Shown here in pieces: positions 1 through 10,900 of a DNA stretch of 64,000 nucleotides (the first letter of the stretch is position 1; every line of letters begins with the position of its first letter). The stretch is from Oculina patagonica (taxonomy: Eukaryota). The position numbers and the translations under genes are program-made. The DNA is taken from positions 2,170,001 through 2,234,000 of the forward strand of contig NC_135763.1 of NCBI RefSeq assembly GCF_052425735.1. The letters run 5' to 3'. The notes under the pieces were generated by a model. The model made no database searches and was not told the origin of the DNA. It was given only the letters and a program-made list of their open reading frames with translations.

Positions 1-259
1 AATGAAGCGGAGGAGTGGGGGGAGGGGGGAGGGGGAGGGGTGGGAGTGGAGCGGAAACAAAAACTTCTCACTCCTGTTGTACACCCGTAGTTCGGAATAA
101 TCACTACTCTGCACGTAAGCCTTCTCTCGTCCTACCTTACTGGTCGTCGCGTTTTTATTACTTTGTTGACAAAGCTTATCGTTTTAAAACAGAGTAAAAC
201 GAACTGATTCAGGTGGGAGATAAAATTGGACTGGTCTGAAAACAAATGTACCATAAGGT

Positions 260-518
260 AAGCGCGCCGTGGCCTATTGGTAAGTGCGCTGGGGCGCGGG
301 GCACTGCGTTGTGTTCTTGGGCAAGATACTTTACTCTCATAGTTCCTCTCTTCACCCAGGTGTATAAATGGGTACCGGCGAATTTACTGCTGGGGGTAAC
401 CCTGCAATGGACTAGCATCCTATCCAGGGGGAGTAGAAACACTCCTAGTCGCTTCATGCTATGGAAACCGGAAAAAACCTCCGGTCTGACGGGCCACTAG
501 GCTCCAACGCAGACTTCA
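260..518 (+). mobile_element. tRNA-related SINE copy (head internally deleted)
   Basis: A-box-like GTGGCCTATTGG followed by the body TGTGTTCTTGGGCAAGATACTTTACTCT...CACCCAGGTGTATAAATGGGTACC...GGACTAGCATCC. Related pieces occur at about 5840-5930 (+), 7255-7490 (-) and 37285-37365 (-). Confidence 0.75.
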
Positions 519-756
519 ATTAGTTTCAAAAGCCACGTCCCTCGTTACTTTTGAAATTTCGCAGCTTTTTTTCTACCGCTACTTTTGCTCAGGGTCGCAA
601 CTTTCGTGTAGCTAAAACGTATACCATATGTGGGTCGATCCATCTATTGAAATAAAATAAAAATATCATTTTGATACAGCTTGCTGTATCTGTTATTTCC
701 ATTGTTTCTCATGAACAAGTCAAGTTGCGTTGGAGGTCGTTAGTTTTGAGATTTAC

Positions 757-953
757 TAACTTGCGTAACAGGCGTATTAAAGTGTGTGGGGAGGGAGGGA
801 GAGAATTGCAGGCGTGAGGGAGAAAAAAAAGGAACGGAAAAGAAGGGGGGGGGGAGGGAACACATTCCTTTCCCCTCCTTCTAGTCCCCTTTCTCCGTTT
901 TCTCCCCGAATTTTCTCCCTCCCTTGCCCCTAATACGCCTGCTACGTAGGCAA
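757..953. mobile_element. Foldback MITE with 9-bp TSD
   Basis: Termini TAACTTGCGTAACAGGCGTATTA and TAATACGCCTGCTACGTAGGCAA are inverted. Flanks are GAGATTTAC (748-756) and GACATTTAC (954-962). The left arm is purine-rich and the right arm pyrimidine-rich. Confidence 0.8.
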
Positions 954-1092
954 GACATTTACTAACAACCGAGAAATTTTATTGCTATTTTCTGAGCTTT
1001 ACAGTATCAGTTTTAAACAGAGCTAAGTACAAATCTACTACGCAGTAAAACAAAAACCTCTAGAGATAAAACAATACAACTTGAATCGTTAC

Positions 1093-3384
1093 CAGGTACA
1101 GGTCCAGATAATCCAGCTGTAAATTTCTCAGTGTCTCCTGACAAGCTGGCAACACATCCTCAGGCGCATGACAGTTACACCTTCGATAGAGATAATAATA
1201 AATAGAATGCTAGCAAAAGGGTTCCGCTTCAAGCGATTGTGATTATCTGGAGCGGTTTTATGACAAGCATAAAACCAAAACCAAAGTAATCTCATCTGAC
1301 CAATCACAGCGCACCAAAATACCGCAAAGGACCAATCAGAGCTCAGTAAACCTTGTTCTGTTCTGCAGACTATAAAGATACCGCACCTGTCACCACAGAG
1401 TTAGCCTGCGAACGCATCGCTCTTCTCGTTGCTCCTGGCTGCTTTGGGCAAAGCGGCCGTGAGCTGCGAGAAGCGGCCGTATTCGCAGGCTACGAATACG
1501 TACCACAGTTTTGATGTGATGAAGACATCTTCCCTTTTCAACTTTCCTTCTTTAAAGACCTCCGCCAATGCTTCGCCAATTTCATCTTCGTTTCCATACG
1601 CCTGAGCACAGTCAATGTGCCTGTACCCATACTGCAGTGCAAGCCTCACAGCTTTACCAACCTCGCCCTTATTGGATTTCCATGTCCTTTAATTGAAATT
1701 TGCGGTCAAGTTAGAAGTTGATTAAATATCATTTGTCACGGTTAGCCTTAAGTTTTAAGTTCGGTTCTCCAATGTTCCTGTTTGGTTTTAGCCTGCGTAG
1801 CAGGTTTAAAAGGGGGAAGGGGGGGGGGGGTGGTAGAAGGAGGATTGAGGGAATTCGAGGAGTGAAACCAGAGGGGAGGGGGAGGGGAGAAGGGAAGGGA
1901 ACCTTCTTTCCCCCCTCCCTTCTTCCCCTTTTCCCCTCCCCCCTTTTACGCCTAGTTTGGTTTACATCATCTTTTTTGGCGTTTTTCTTCCCATCTTAAA
2001 CTGTGTTTTGGCATTTTCGTTCACTTAAAGATGTCTTTACATTGAAGAAAAATCCCCAAGAATGGAATGAAGACGTCCTTGGCACATAAAATTCCATCCA
2101 ACGAGTAGTAAACATTGGATTCATTACCAGGGAGGGAGGGGGGGGGGTACTCCGGCTTGTAAATGACGGGGATGATCGAAGGATTTTTTTGGGTTTGAAA
2201 TTTTCGATTCCGGGATTTTTTTGGGTTGGAAAATTTGGCAAGTATTTTTTTGGGTGACTTGATTAATATAGGGGATTTTTATGGGTATTAAAAACAACTG
2301 AAGTGCCTTGGCGTATTTATGTTATAATGAATAAATAAACACAAGCGTTCAATTTTTAATGGTTTTCTTTGCGTTATATTATTGCCCCTCCTAGCAATTT
2401 AGGGGTAATTTGACAAGGGATTTTCTTTTTTTTTTTTTTTTTTTGGGGGGGGGGGGGTTATTTTTGGTCTAGGGATTTTTTTGGGTAATGTCGGAAGACT
2501 TAGGGATTTTTTTGGGTCCTGAGTTTTGCCTTCATTCGATCATCCCCGTCATTTAAAAGCCGGAGTACCTCCCCTGGGTAGTCATTGCAGACTTTCATCA
2601 GCGAGTATTAAAGTTGCACAGGCTGCAGAATCTTGCAAATAAAGCAGGATTTTGCCGACAAAATGAAGAAATCATCATTCTGCCTGCCAGATTTTGAAAT
2701 TTGAAGATTTTGCCAAAACGTGAGTCTTTAAGATTAGCTGGGCAAGTCACACTATTGGCGTATTAGAGTAGTAGCAGTCAACTCCTCATCATTACAAACA
2801 ACGGTGTGTCACGCTATTGTTCAGTAACGGTGTCATCAGAAAAGAGTTGGGAACGAGTTGGCGAGATACTGTCAACAAATGAAATACCTGACGTCCAAGT
2901 CGTCCATGATCAGACAATATTTGAGCTTTGTAAATAAATTACATGACTTACCCCAAACCAATAGAAGGCATAAGTGCTCCATTGTTAAGCTTCACTGCAT
3001 CGACAGCTGCCTATGGAAATGAGTAAGCGAATTGAAAGCGATTTTATTACACATCAATTTGACTTTCTTAATATTTGTCTTCGTTGATAAGGTTTGTTTT
3101 CAGTGTTTTCGGTCTATTAATTAGCTGGCTATCTAAAGAGCACTAGAAAGGACAGCTAGCAGCACCGTTTGATTATTTCTCGCTGGTTATTTGTATTCCA
3201 GCTCCCTCGGTATCTGAAGTGCTTATTCTATCAAACACGGGCGATTCAAGGGCGAACAAATGTTAGTCTCTTCCCGGCAGAAAGTGAAATAAGCTCTGCA
3301 GTGAATGTACGTAATGGATCTTGAAATAAAACAAAATAACGTGTAGCAAGAAATATGTTTTGTTTCTCTCAGTGCACTTACCAT
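1093..3384 (-). CDS. Aldo-keto reductase family 1-like (AKR1A1/AKR1B1-like), paralog A; 5' part only, continues beyond window start
   Basis: Exons with GT-AG boundaries that join in frame: 3384-3382 (ATG only), 3010-2952, 1686-1504, 1180-1093. Translation [58 protein letters not shown]...[38 protein letters not shown] carries the AKR GxGTW, catalytic Asp/Tyr (HIDCAxxY) and Lys (SKLW) motifs. The exon with the catalytic His is not in 1-1092. Confidence 0.93.
1402..1492. mobile_element. Short MITE with TAGCCTGCGAA...TTCGCAGGCTA inverted termini
   Basis: 11-bp perfect inverted termini. No clear TSD. It ends 11 nt from the splice donor at 1503. Confidence 0.65.
1789..1954. mobile_element. Foldback MITE with perfect 9-bp TSD (TAGCCTGCGTAGCAGG family)
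   Basis: GTTTGGTTT at 1780-1788 and 1955-1963. G-rich left arm, C-rich right arm, right TIR partly deleted. Confidence 0.8.
2126..2578. mobile_element. Non-autonomous DNA transposon/MITE (CCCAGGGG...GTACT TIR family)
   Basis: GGTACTCCGGCTTGTAAATGACGGGGATGATCGAA is inverted to TTCGATCATCCCCGTCATTTAAAAGCCGGAGTACC. The 8-bp TSD is degenerate (GATTCATT/TAGTCATT). Related to 47847-48153. Confidence 0.8.
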
Positions 3385-4844
3385 CGAGTAGCAAGTTTCG
3401 TGATCTACGTTGTAAATCGGATGTGGAGCCGGGATGTGGAGTCAATACCATTGATTGTGTCACGCAAGCTTAACATAAACAACCACAGTATTGGAGTTCA
3501 TGCTAAGTGATGTGACTATTCGGAAGCAGGATATAAGTTTTTGTGTGGAACTTTACATTAGAACGAGTAGCAGACTGAGACAACTGCAAATGATAATAAA
3601 CCAGCTTCAAAGTATTTAAACACGCCACATCTGATCACGAGAGGGGAAGGGGCTTGATTTACGCTTTTATTGTATTCACTTTTGCGATGCTAAGCCTCCA
3701 ACACATTAGCGTTGCGTGACGTCCCAAAAAGCGGCTGCGAAGGAGACGACCAACACATGCGCTCTTTAGCAGACGGATGTATCTCCGTCTGCGTTCGGCA
3801 GGCTACTCTTTTGGCACGTCACGCAATCTTTTCTCCCAAAAGAAAGTCTGTGGGGTGGGCGGCTGTTTGTTCAGATTATGGTAATGAATATATAACAATT
3901 AAAAAAAAAATTAAAATGTGAACATTCTTTTCACTTCCGGTCTGAGATGGGGTAACTTATTTGAGCTTTTCTAACTTTGAGATGGGAAAAGGGTTTAACC
4001 CCAGCGGGGCCCCACCCAAGTTTTCCAAATCCTTCTCCCAGATGTTATCGCTTTGTCTCCAAGTAACAAGTCAATTTACCTTTGATACCACTACTTTCGG
4101 TCCGGAGAGTCGCAACTTTTGAGGAATCGTTTATCGTTACTTTCGGAATTTTACGGTACTTATATGACCTTAGATACAGGGAGGCTCCGTCCGAAAGGGG
4201 TACCTTTTTCAGGCAGGGGTATATAAAAGCGTAGAGATTTTAAGAGTTGGAGTATACAAAACGACAGTAAAAACTGTCCTTCAGGGATATTCAAGTGAAT
4301 AGCTTAGAAAAGAGTTAGTATACATCTACGGTAGGTATTTAAAAGGGTCAAAAGGGTATCATTACTTTTCGAAGATATATGAAAGGTTACCTTTTATGTG
4401 AAAAATTATGTTTTAAAGGTAAGGGTTAGTACCTGAAGCGGAACCTTCCCGCATAAAATACACCTTTCACGAAAGCACCAACAGAGAGGCAAACCTTGAA
4501 ACGTCACGCAATGCTTCTCTGAATGTTGTGTGACAATCCAGTGCTCACTGTCCAACATGTTAGTGTGACCAGACTATTCATGTAAAATAACGTACAACAT
4601 ATAACTGAATGTTCTTTTTATTTTTGGTACTTTGTAAAATCACTAACTACTTTTTAAACTGTTTTACCTAGCCAAGAAAAACCATTCTTAAGACACATGT
4701 TCTAACAACTTTATAATATATAATAACTCGATGGTCCTTGAAGGTAAGGAATCCAACAAGTTGTTATATAACCGCATTGCACTCCATTCAAGCGTTTTAA
4801 AATTTTCACTGTCCTATATCAATATACTGCTGCTCTGATTTTTT

Positions 4845-4850
4845 TTTATT
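4845..4850 (-). promoter_or_regulatory. Candidate polyadenylation signal (AATAAA) of AKR paralog B
   Basis: TTTATT on + about 63 nt past the stop. A second candidate lies at about 4617-4622. Confidence 0.4.
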
Positions 4851-4912
4851 TTAATTTTTTTTTTCTGCTGCTCTGATTGTCAGGCATATTGTGCTATCAG
4901 TCTATTATCAAA

Positions 4913-7873
4913 TTAGTCTTCGCCGTCCCAGAAGTCTTTTGGAGCTTCTTCTGGTTTGTACATCCATATCTGAGTAAGATAACGGTGATGTATTCCAATG
5001 TTCTCAATCGCCTTCATGTCATCTTCGTCTAGGTTTACATGAAGTGCTTCTAGATTCTCTTTGATGTGATTTTCAGAGACAGCTTTTGGGAGGACTGGAG
5101 TTCCACGCTTAATGCCCCAAGCTAGAGCGACCTGATGAAAGAAAAAAAAAAAACAATCCAGGTCAAACGTTTTGATTTATTTGCCACACACATCTTTCTT
5201 TATACTGCATAACAACACTGAGGCCTAGCTTGCACTCTATCAAGGTCTATCAAGACAGAACCCGGGCACAGTTAATGATTGTCTGTACTGTATTTCCATC
5301 ACCTGTATATTTGTAGTCTGTAAGGCTACAAGGTTCACGAGACAAAGATAACAAGCTTGTTATATATCTTATTCCCCTGCAATCACTGCAAGCACTCATG
5401 CCCCTCCCTGTGCCTCCGCACACCAAGACAAATCAACATTGTCTTTATATCTTCTTTCACTACAATCCTTAACACTTCTAGTAAGAATGGGCTGGTCATC
5501 ATTAACTGCAGACCTCCACCGGTTTTTTTTTTTTTTCCTCATAGTGAAGACAGGGGAATAGGTCCATTTTTTATCTTATAACCTTACATACAGAAGACAA
5601 CAGTGATAGGTGCATTTACTCACCAAAGCAATAGTAGTATGATGCTTATCAGCAATTTTTTGTAGCACAGGGTTTTTCAACACCACAGGTTCACTGTCTT
5701 TGTTAGCCCCTGGGCGATCAGGTGACCCCAGTGGAGAATAAGCAGTCACCACAATCCCTAAAAAAAAAAAAAAAATTCTGTTACCACCACTTAGTGTAAA
5801 GGTTGAAGTGAACAAATTCATGAATTAATTAGCTCTTGGTGGCAAAGCGGCCTTAATGGTTAGTGTATAGAGGTCTGGGTTCAAGCCCTGACTGGGAGGG
5901 GGAGGGGGGTCATTTTGGCATGTTCTTGGTAATAATCCAACTAGGGCCAGCCATGGTAACTCACCAACTTTGCATGACTTTTTTAATGTAGTCTTAGTCT
6001 AGGGTGACTCCTTACTATGAAATGACTGTTTTTTAATAATCTTTTACTTGGGGAATAGAACATGGCCAGTTTCTATCATCTCTGAAGGGGAGCCAGATCA
6101 AAGGACTTCTTGTCACTCAACCTCAGAGCATAAAAACCCATTTGCCCTGCTTTAAAGAACTACAAGGTATCCTTTTACTCTTGTATAGTATTCCTTCTGG
6201 GCCTGAGCAGTGTTGTGGTGTACTTAACCACAATCAGCATCAACCGTTCTTTTTTGCAGTGATATATTCAAATTATTGACTGACCTTTGCTGGCACTGAA
6301 CTTTAACAGCTCTGGCTGAGGTAAATATGGATGCAGCTCAACTGTGAATAATCACAAATAAAGAAGTTATAACATAGATCATCAGTAGGGAGGCCCTATT
6401 AGGAGTTCAGGGATATGAGATATGGGATATTTGGGAAAAAATTATGGGGATACGGATATTTAGAAAAGAGATTGTGGGATATCAAACGTCAAAGTTTTCT
6501 TTTTTGACAGAATAAAACAGGTTAATTGATCAATATGAAAGATAGTAACGAAAAGTAAAAAAATACTTGAAAATGCAAATTATTGTGTTTTCCCCAGGAA
6601 ACATGGCGTAATCAGAGACTTTCATGTGATATTTATCGTATATACTGTACAAATTTACTAGCCACTTTTTTCTGTTGGTAAATGCACAACTTTCTGATGT
6701 CACTGTCATGTTTAAGTGTTTATTGCCAGATATGTCCAGGATTGACCGCTAATGAGATTCACGTTCCTCATGACAGGCATCACAAAGTGTCCTCATTTAA
6801 AAAAATTCACCAAAACACACCAAAATCTGTCAAATATGAAGTAATATGGAAATGTCAAATAGCACAGTCAAACATGAAGTTCTCATTAAACAATACTTGT
6901 GTTCAATCCTGGACATAAGTGCACTTTTCAGGGTGTTTTCATGATGAGCAAATATACTACCTTGATTACAAGCTGGTACGATCTTGGCAGTTTCCAGAAG
7001 AGTTTTTGTCTTCTTCGCTGTAAAGTTTGAGATTCCAATGGCTTTACAAAGGCCCTTGTCAACAAGCTGCTCCATTGCCTATGAATTAAAAAAAATACTT
7101 TTAGCACTAGAGATCGAAGTACATGTACAGTTGTAGTAACCTCAGAGAAAAGAACTGTGCTACATGGCCTGTATTAAAGCTGGACTGAAGTGTCCACACT
7201 TGGTTAAGTCATGTTAACTTGGGCTTATAACTGCCCCTGCACTGCCCAATCTTATCCCAGTTTCTAGTATAGCATGAAGCAACCAGGAGTAGTGCGACTA
7301 TACTTGCCCTGGATGGGCTGCTAGTCTATTGCAGGTTACACATCCTCCTACCCCCAGTGTTTTGCCATTTATGTTGCTCCTGGGTGAACAGAGGCACTGT
7401 AAGAGTAAAGCATCTTGCCCAAAAGAGACAACAATATAAAGACTCTGGAAAACACTTGAACCTGGATCACTCGTCCAGAGTCCATACTCAACCTACTACC
7501 AGCAAGAGCTGGAAGATCTTGACTCAACCCTTTGAGCAATCTGGTGAGGTTAAACCTACCAAGGACTAGGGAGTCCCAGTTGGCAAGTGGTATTGCCAAC
7601 TGGAGCCCCAGAAACGCCACCACCGCAACAAGGTAATGACCTTGGTATTCTGCGATGTGGTTTCTGTTTCAGTCTCTTTTTGTGTTAAAGACCATTCACC
7701 TTAACCTTAATCATTACTAAAGTTTTAAAGTTTAGTAACTTAAAAGGTTGCGTTCGAAGAACAATAATGAGCACAAGACATTCACAAATCAATAATAACT
7801 TTGTACATGCAAATTTATATATTACCGGTACTTATAATTAATTGTACATTTACTGTGCAGTCAGCCTTACTTT

Positions 7874-7916
<43 letters not shown>

Positions 7917-10900
7917 ACAATGGCGAGCCGCTAGGCGAGCCATTGTAAACGGCCATACAGATCGAACGCGAATATTTTATTCTACTTGTGAAATGAAAAC
8001 AATAAATTGAATGTAAGGTATTGTTATGCGAATCAGTAGAGATCTGTATCAAAAGTTAATGAATACTAATTAGCTGAGCAGGAGTTTGTATCAAAAGTTA
8101 ATTCTTTTGTCTGATTTGTATTGGGGTTTACAGTTGTGTACATGTGATCTGAATACTGTGCTGGGATTGGTTTGCACCCTCATGAATTATTAATGAATTT
8201 TACAATAAGGGTTAAAATCTTACCTGCCAAGTTTTGGCAATACGATCAGGTGAATAACCAAGAACACCCTCTGCTATGGAATGTGGGAAGGGTGCATCTT
8301 TTTTAAATGAATTTGGAATGTGGATCTATAAAGAAAGAAAAAAATTAATTTTATGTTAATTAGCATCATTTATAAAACCTTGACCAAAATCTCAGCTAAT
8401 CCAAAACTGTTAAATATAATATATTGAACAGTATAGCTCAGATTTTACCAAAAAAACTGGCAATTTCTCAAACCAGCTTTCTCTCTCAGAGGTTCAAAAT
8501 ATTAGGGATTCCACTGAATGGGGCTTTAACAGGATTCAAACCCAAGACCTCCACAATAACGTTTCATATAGTACAACCCTGCTGCCTTGAACTCATTTCC
8601 TTGAATCATGAATTCCCTGCTAACTCAAAAATAAATGGCATGCAATGCATGCAGAAGCAATGACGTTTTGCAAGGGGTTTTACATAATTTTGAGAAAATT
8701 TGTCAAAAACCTAATGTAAATAAAAGTAGCTGACACCTTGTCATGATTAAGACTGTAATCCAACTGCAGCTTACATTTTTTAAACCTGGGAAGCAATTTT
8801 AGTGATTGTATAAATAGCCGAAGTTAGGATCTTATGGAATTCAAATAAATACAGTTTTCACAGGCCAAGGATGCAAAGTTAATAAATATTATACATTTTC
8901 TTCGTAGATTTGCTCAATTGAACAACAGTAATATATTTTAATTTATGTATATATTTTTTTTAGATTTCCCTATGTTGTCTCAACAAAGATTATGTTATAT
9001 TGTTGCATTATATTCGATAAACGACAGACGATACATGGGAGCTGGGAACAGACAAATGGTCTCTTGTTCACAGTGTCCCTTTATATTATAAGAATTTATA
9101 TAGAAATTTCTGTCCAATAAATCTACTAGATCCCATCATATAAAATTAGTCTCTTTCGTTTATACATTGTATTTTGCTTTTGTGTTCTACGCGGCATTTT
9201 TTGTTTAGTTAAACTTTATTTCTGTTCGATTGCGTGAAACAGACAAAAAGATCCAGTTGGTCGTGCGATGGCATAAGGCGATAGTCATTCAGGGCCGTAA
9301 CTAGCAAGAGGCAAGACGAGGCACTTGCCTTGTCTAGATTTTTACCCAAAATGACAAACAAATCATGTTTTGTTGGGAAAATAATCCTCAGTTGAACAAG
9401 ATTGATTTTTCTCAAGAAATACCTCATGAAAAATGTCTCTGACAGAAATTCAGAGCTTAGATTTCAAACTTTCCTGGAGGGCATGCCCCCAGAATCCCCC
9501 AGCAAGATCTTGCCTCGTCTATGGCAAAGGTCTGGTTACAGCCCTGGTCATTGCTTAAAAAAGTCATTTCCCTTAGATTTGGTCCAATCTTTTAGTCATT
9601 TACTGTAAAAATAACTCTGCTAATCTGGACCTTAATTATCTTGAACTCCTTAGAATTAGTAGTAGTAAACTTTATTTACACAGTTGGGTATCAATTTATA
9701 TATGTTTATACAGTCGGGTATCAATTTATACATTTGATGCTCTTCCATCAAGCCCTGTCTCTAAACATTACATTAATTTATTAATTAATTAACTAATTAA
9801 ACTATTTAACTAAATTACTTATCTGTACAAGATTATTCCAAAAACTATAAAAACTATCTTTCTTAATTATCCTGAAGCTATTTTGAGATAAGATACATGA
9901 TTTAAAAGAGCTAAGGGTGGGCTGTGTCTTGGTACTCAAAGGCAAGCTGTTCCAGAGAACAGAACCATGATATTCAAAGCTTCGTTTTCCTGCTTCAGTA
10001 CTCGGTCTTAATTTAATTTAACCTGACTATCTTGAACTGCAATAGTTAGTACACCCGTACTGTACTAGAGGCTGTGAACTTTGTTATTTGTTACAGTTGC
10101 ATTTTGAACTCTGCAATTTTTTATTGAGTACAAAGAAACCTCTTTACTATGGACACCCAAGGGCAGAGAAGAGTGTCCATATATTATTATGGAGACCTGT
10201 GTCCACATTACAGAAAGGGTAGCAAAGGATTTATTTGTGACACGTGAAAAGGGAAAAAAATAGACCGTGACGCATGAAAATAGCTAGAAAATCATGTGAT
10301 TCATGAATTCTGCTGTTTCAAGACAGTATATGTGACATGTGAATTTGGTTAAAATTTGTGCGTGAAATGGGATAACAACCCCCCTTTAATTTGCTACCCT
10401 CTATAGAGAGGTATATACTTATGAGTTTATATCAATTTTGGTCTCTTTTGAAACAAGTGAACTGTCTGTAAAATTTATGGTAAGGTGTCCGTAAGGAGGT
10501 TTGACTGTTTTGTTTTACTATTCAAGTGCAAAATTTAACTACATATATAAATATATATTATTTATTTTAAAAGTTCACACAGGCAGGATGCAAAAATAAG
10601 TCACTGTTATACTGCAACAGCTATGTTTTTTTTAGAAAAATATACCAACCCCATTATTTCAACCCCACTTTCTTCAACAAGTTTTCATTACCTTTGGGAG
10701 TTCAATTTAGCAGGGTCAAAAGTCAAGGAAAGATAATCACCTAAGTATATAAACTTTTTATTATGGTGTTTCTTTGGTCCCTGACAAAAGGTGAGGTGAT
10801 ATATATACCGCTACATATATCAGGAGTTTATGAGCTACAAAGCAACAGGGAAGCTGCAGTAAGGATATACACTAAATAAATGACTTACAAGATATAAATC

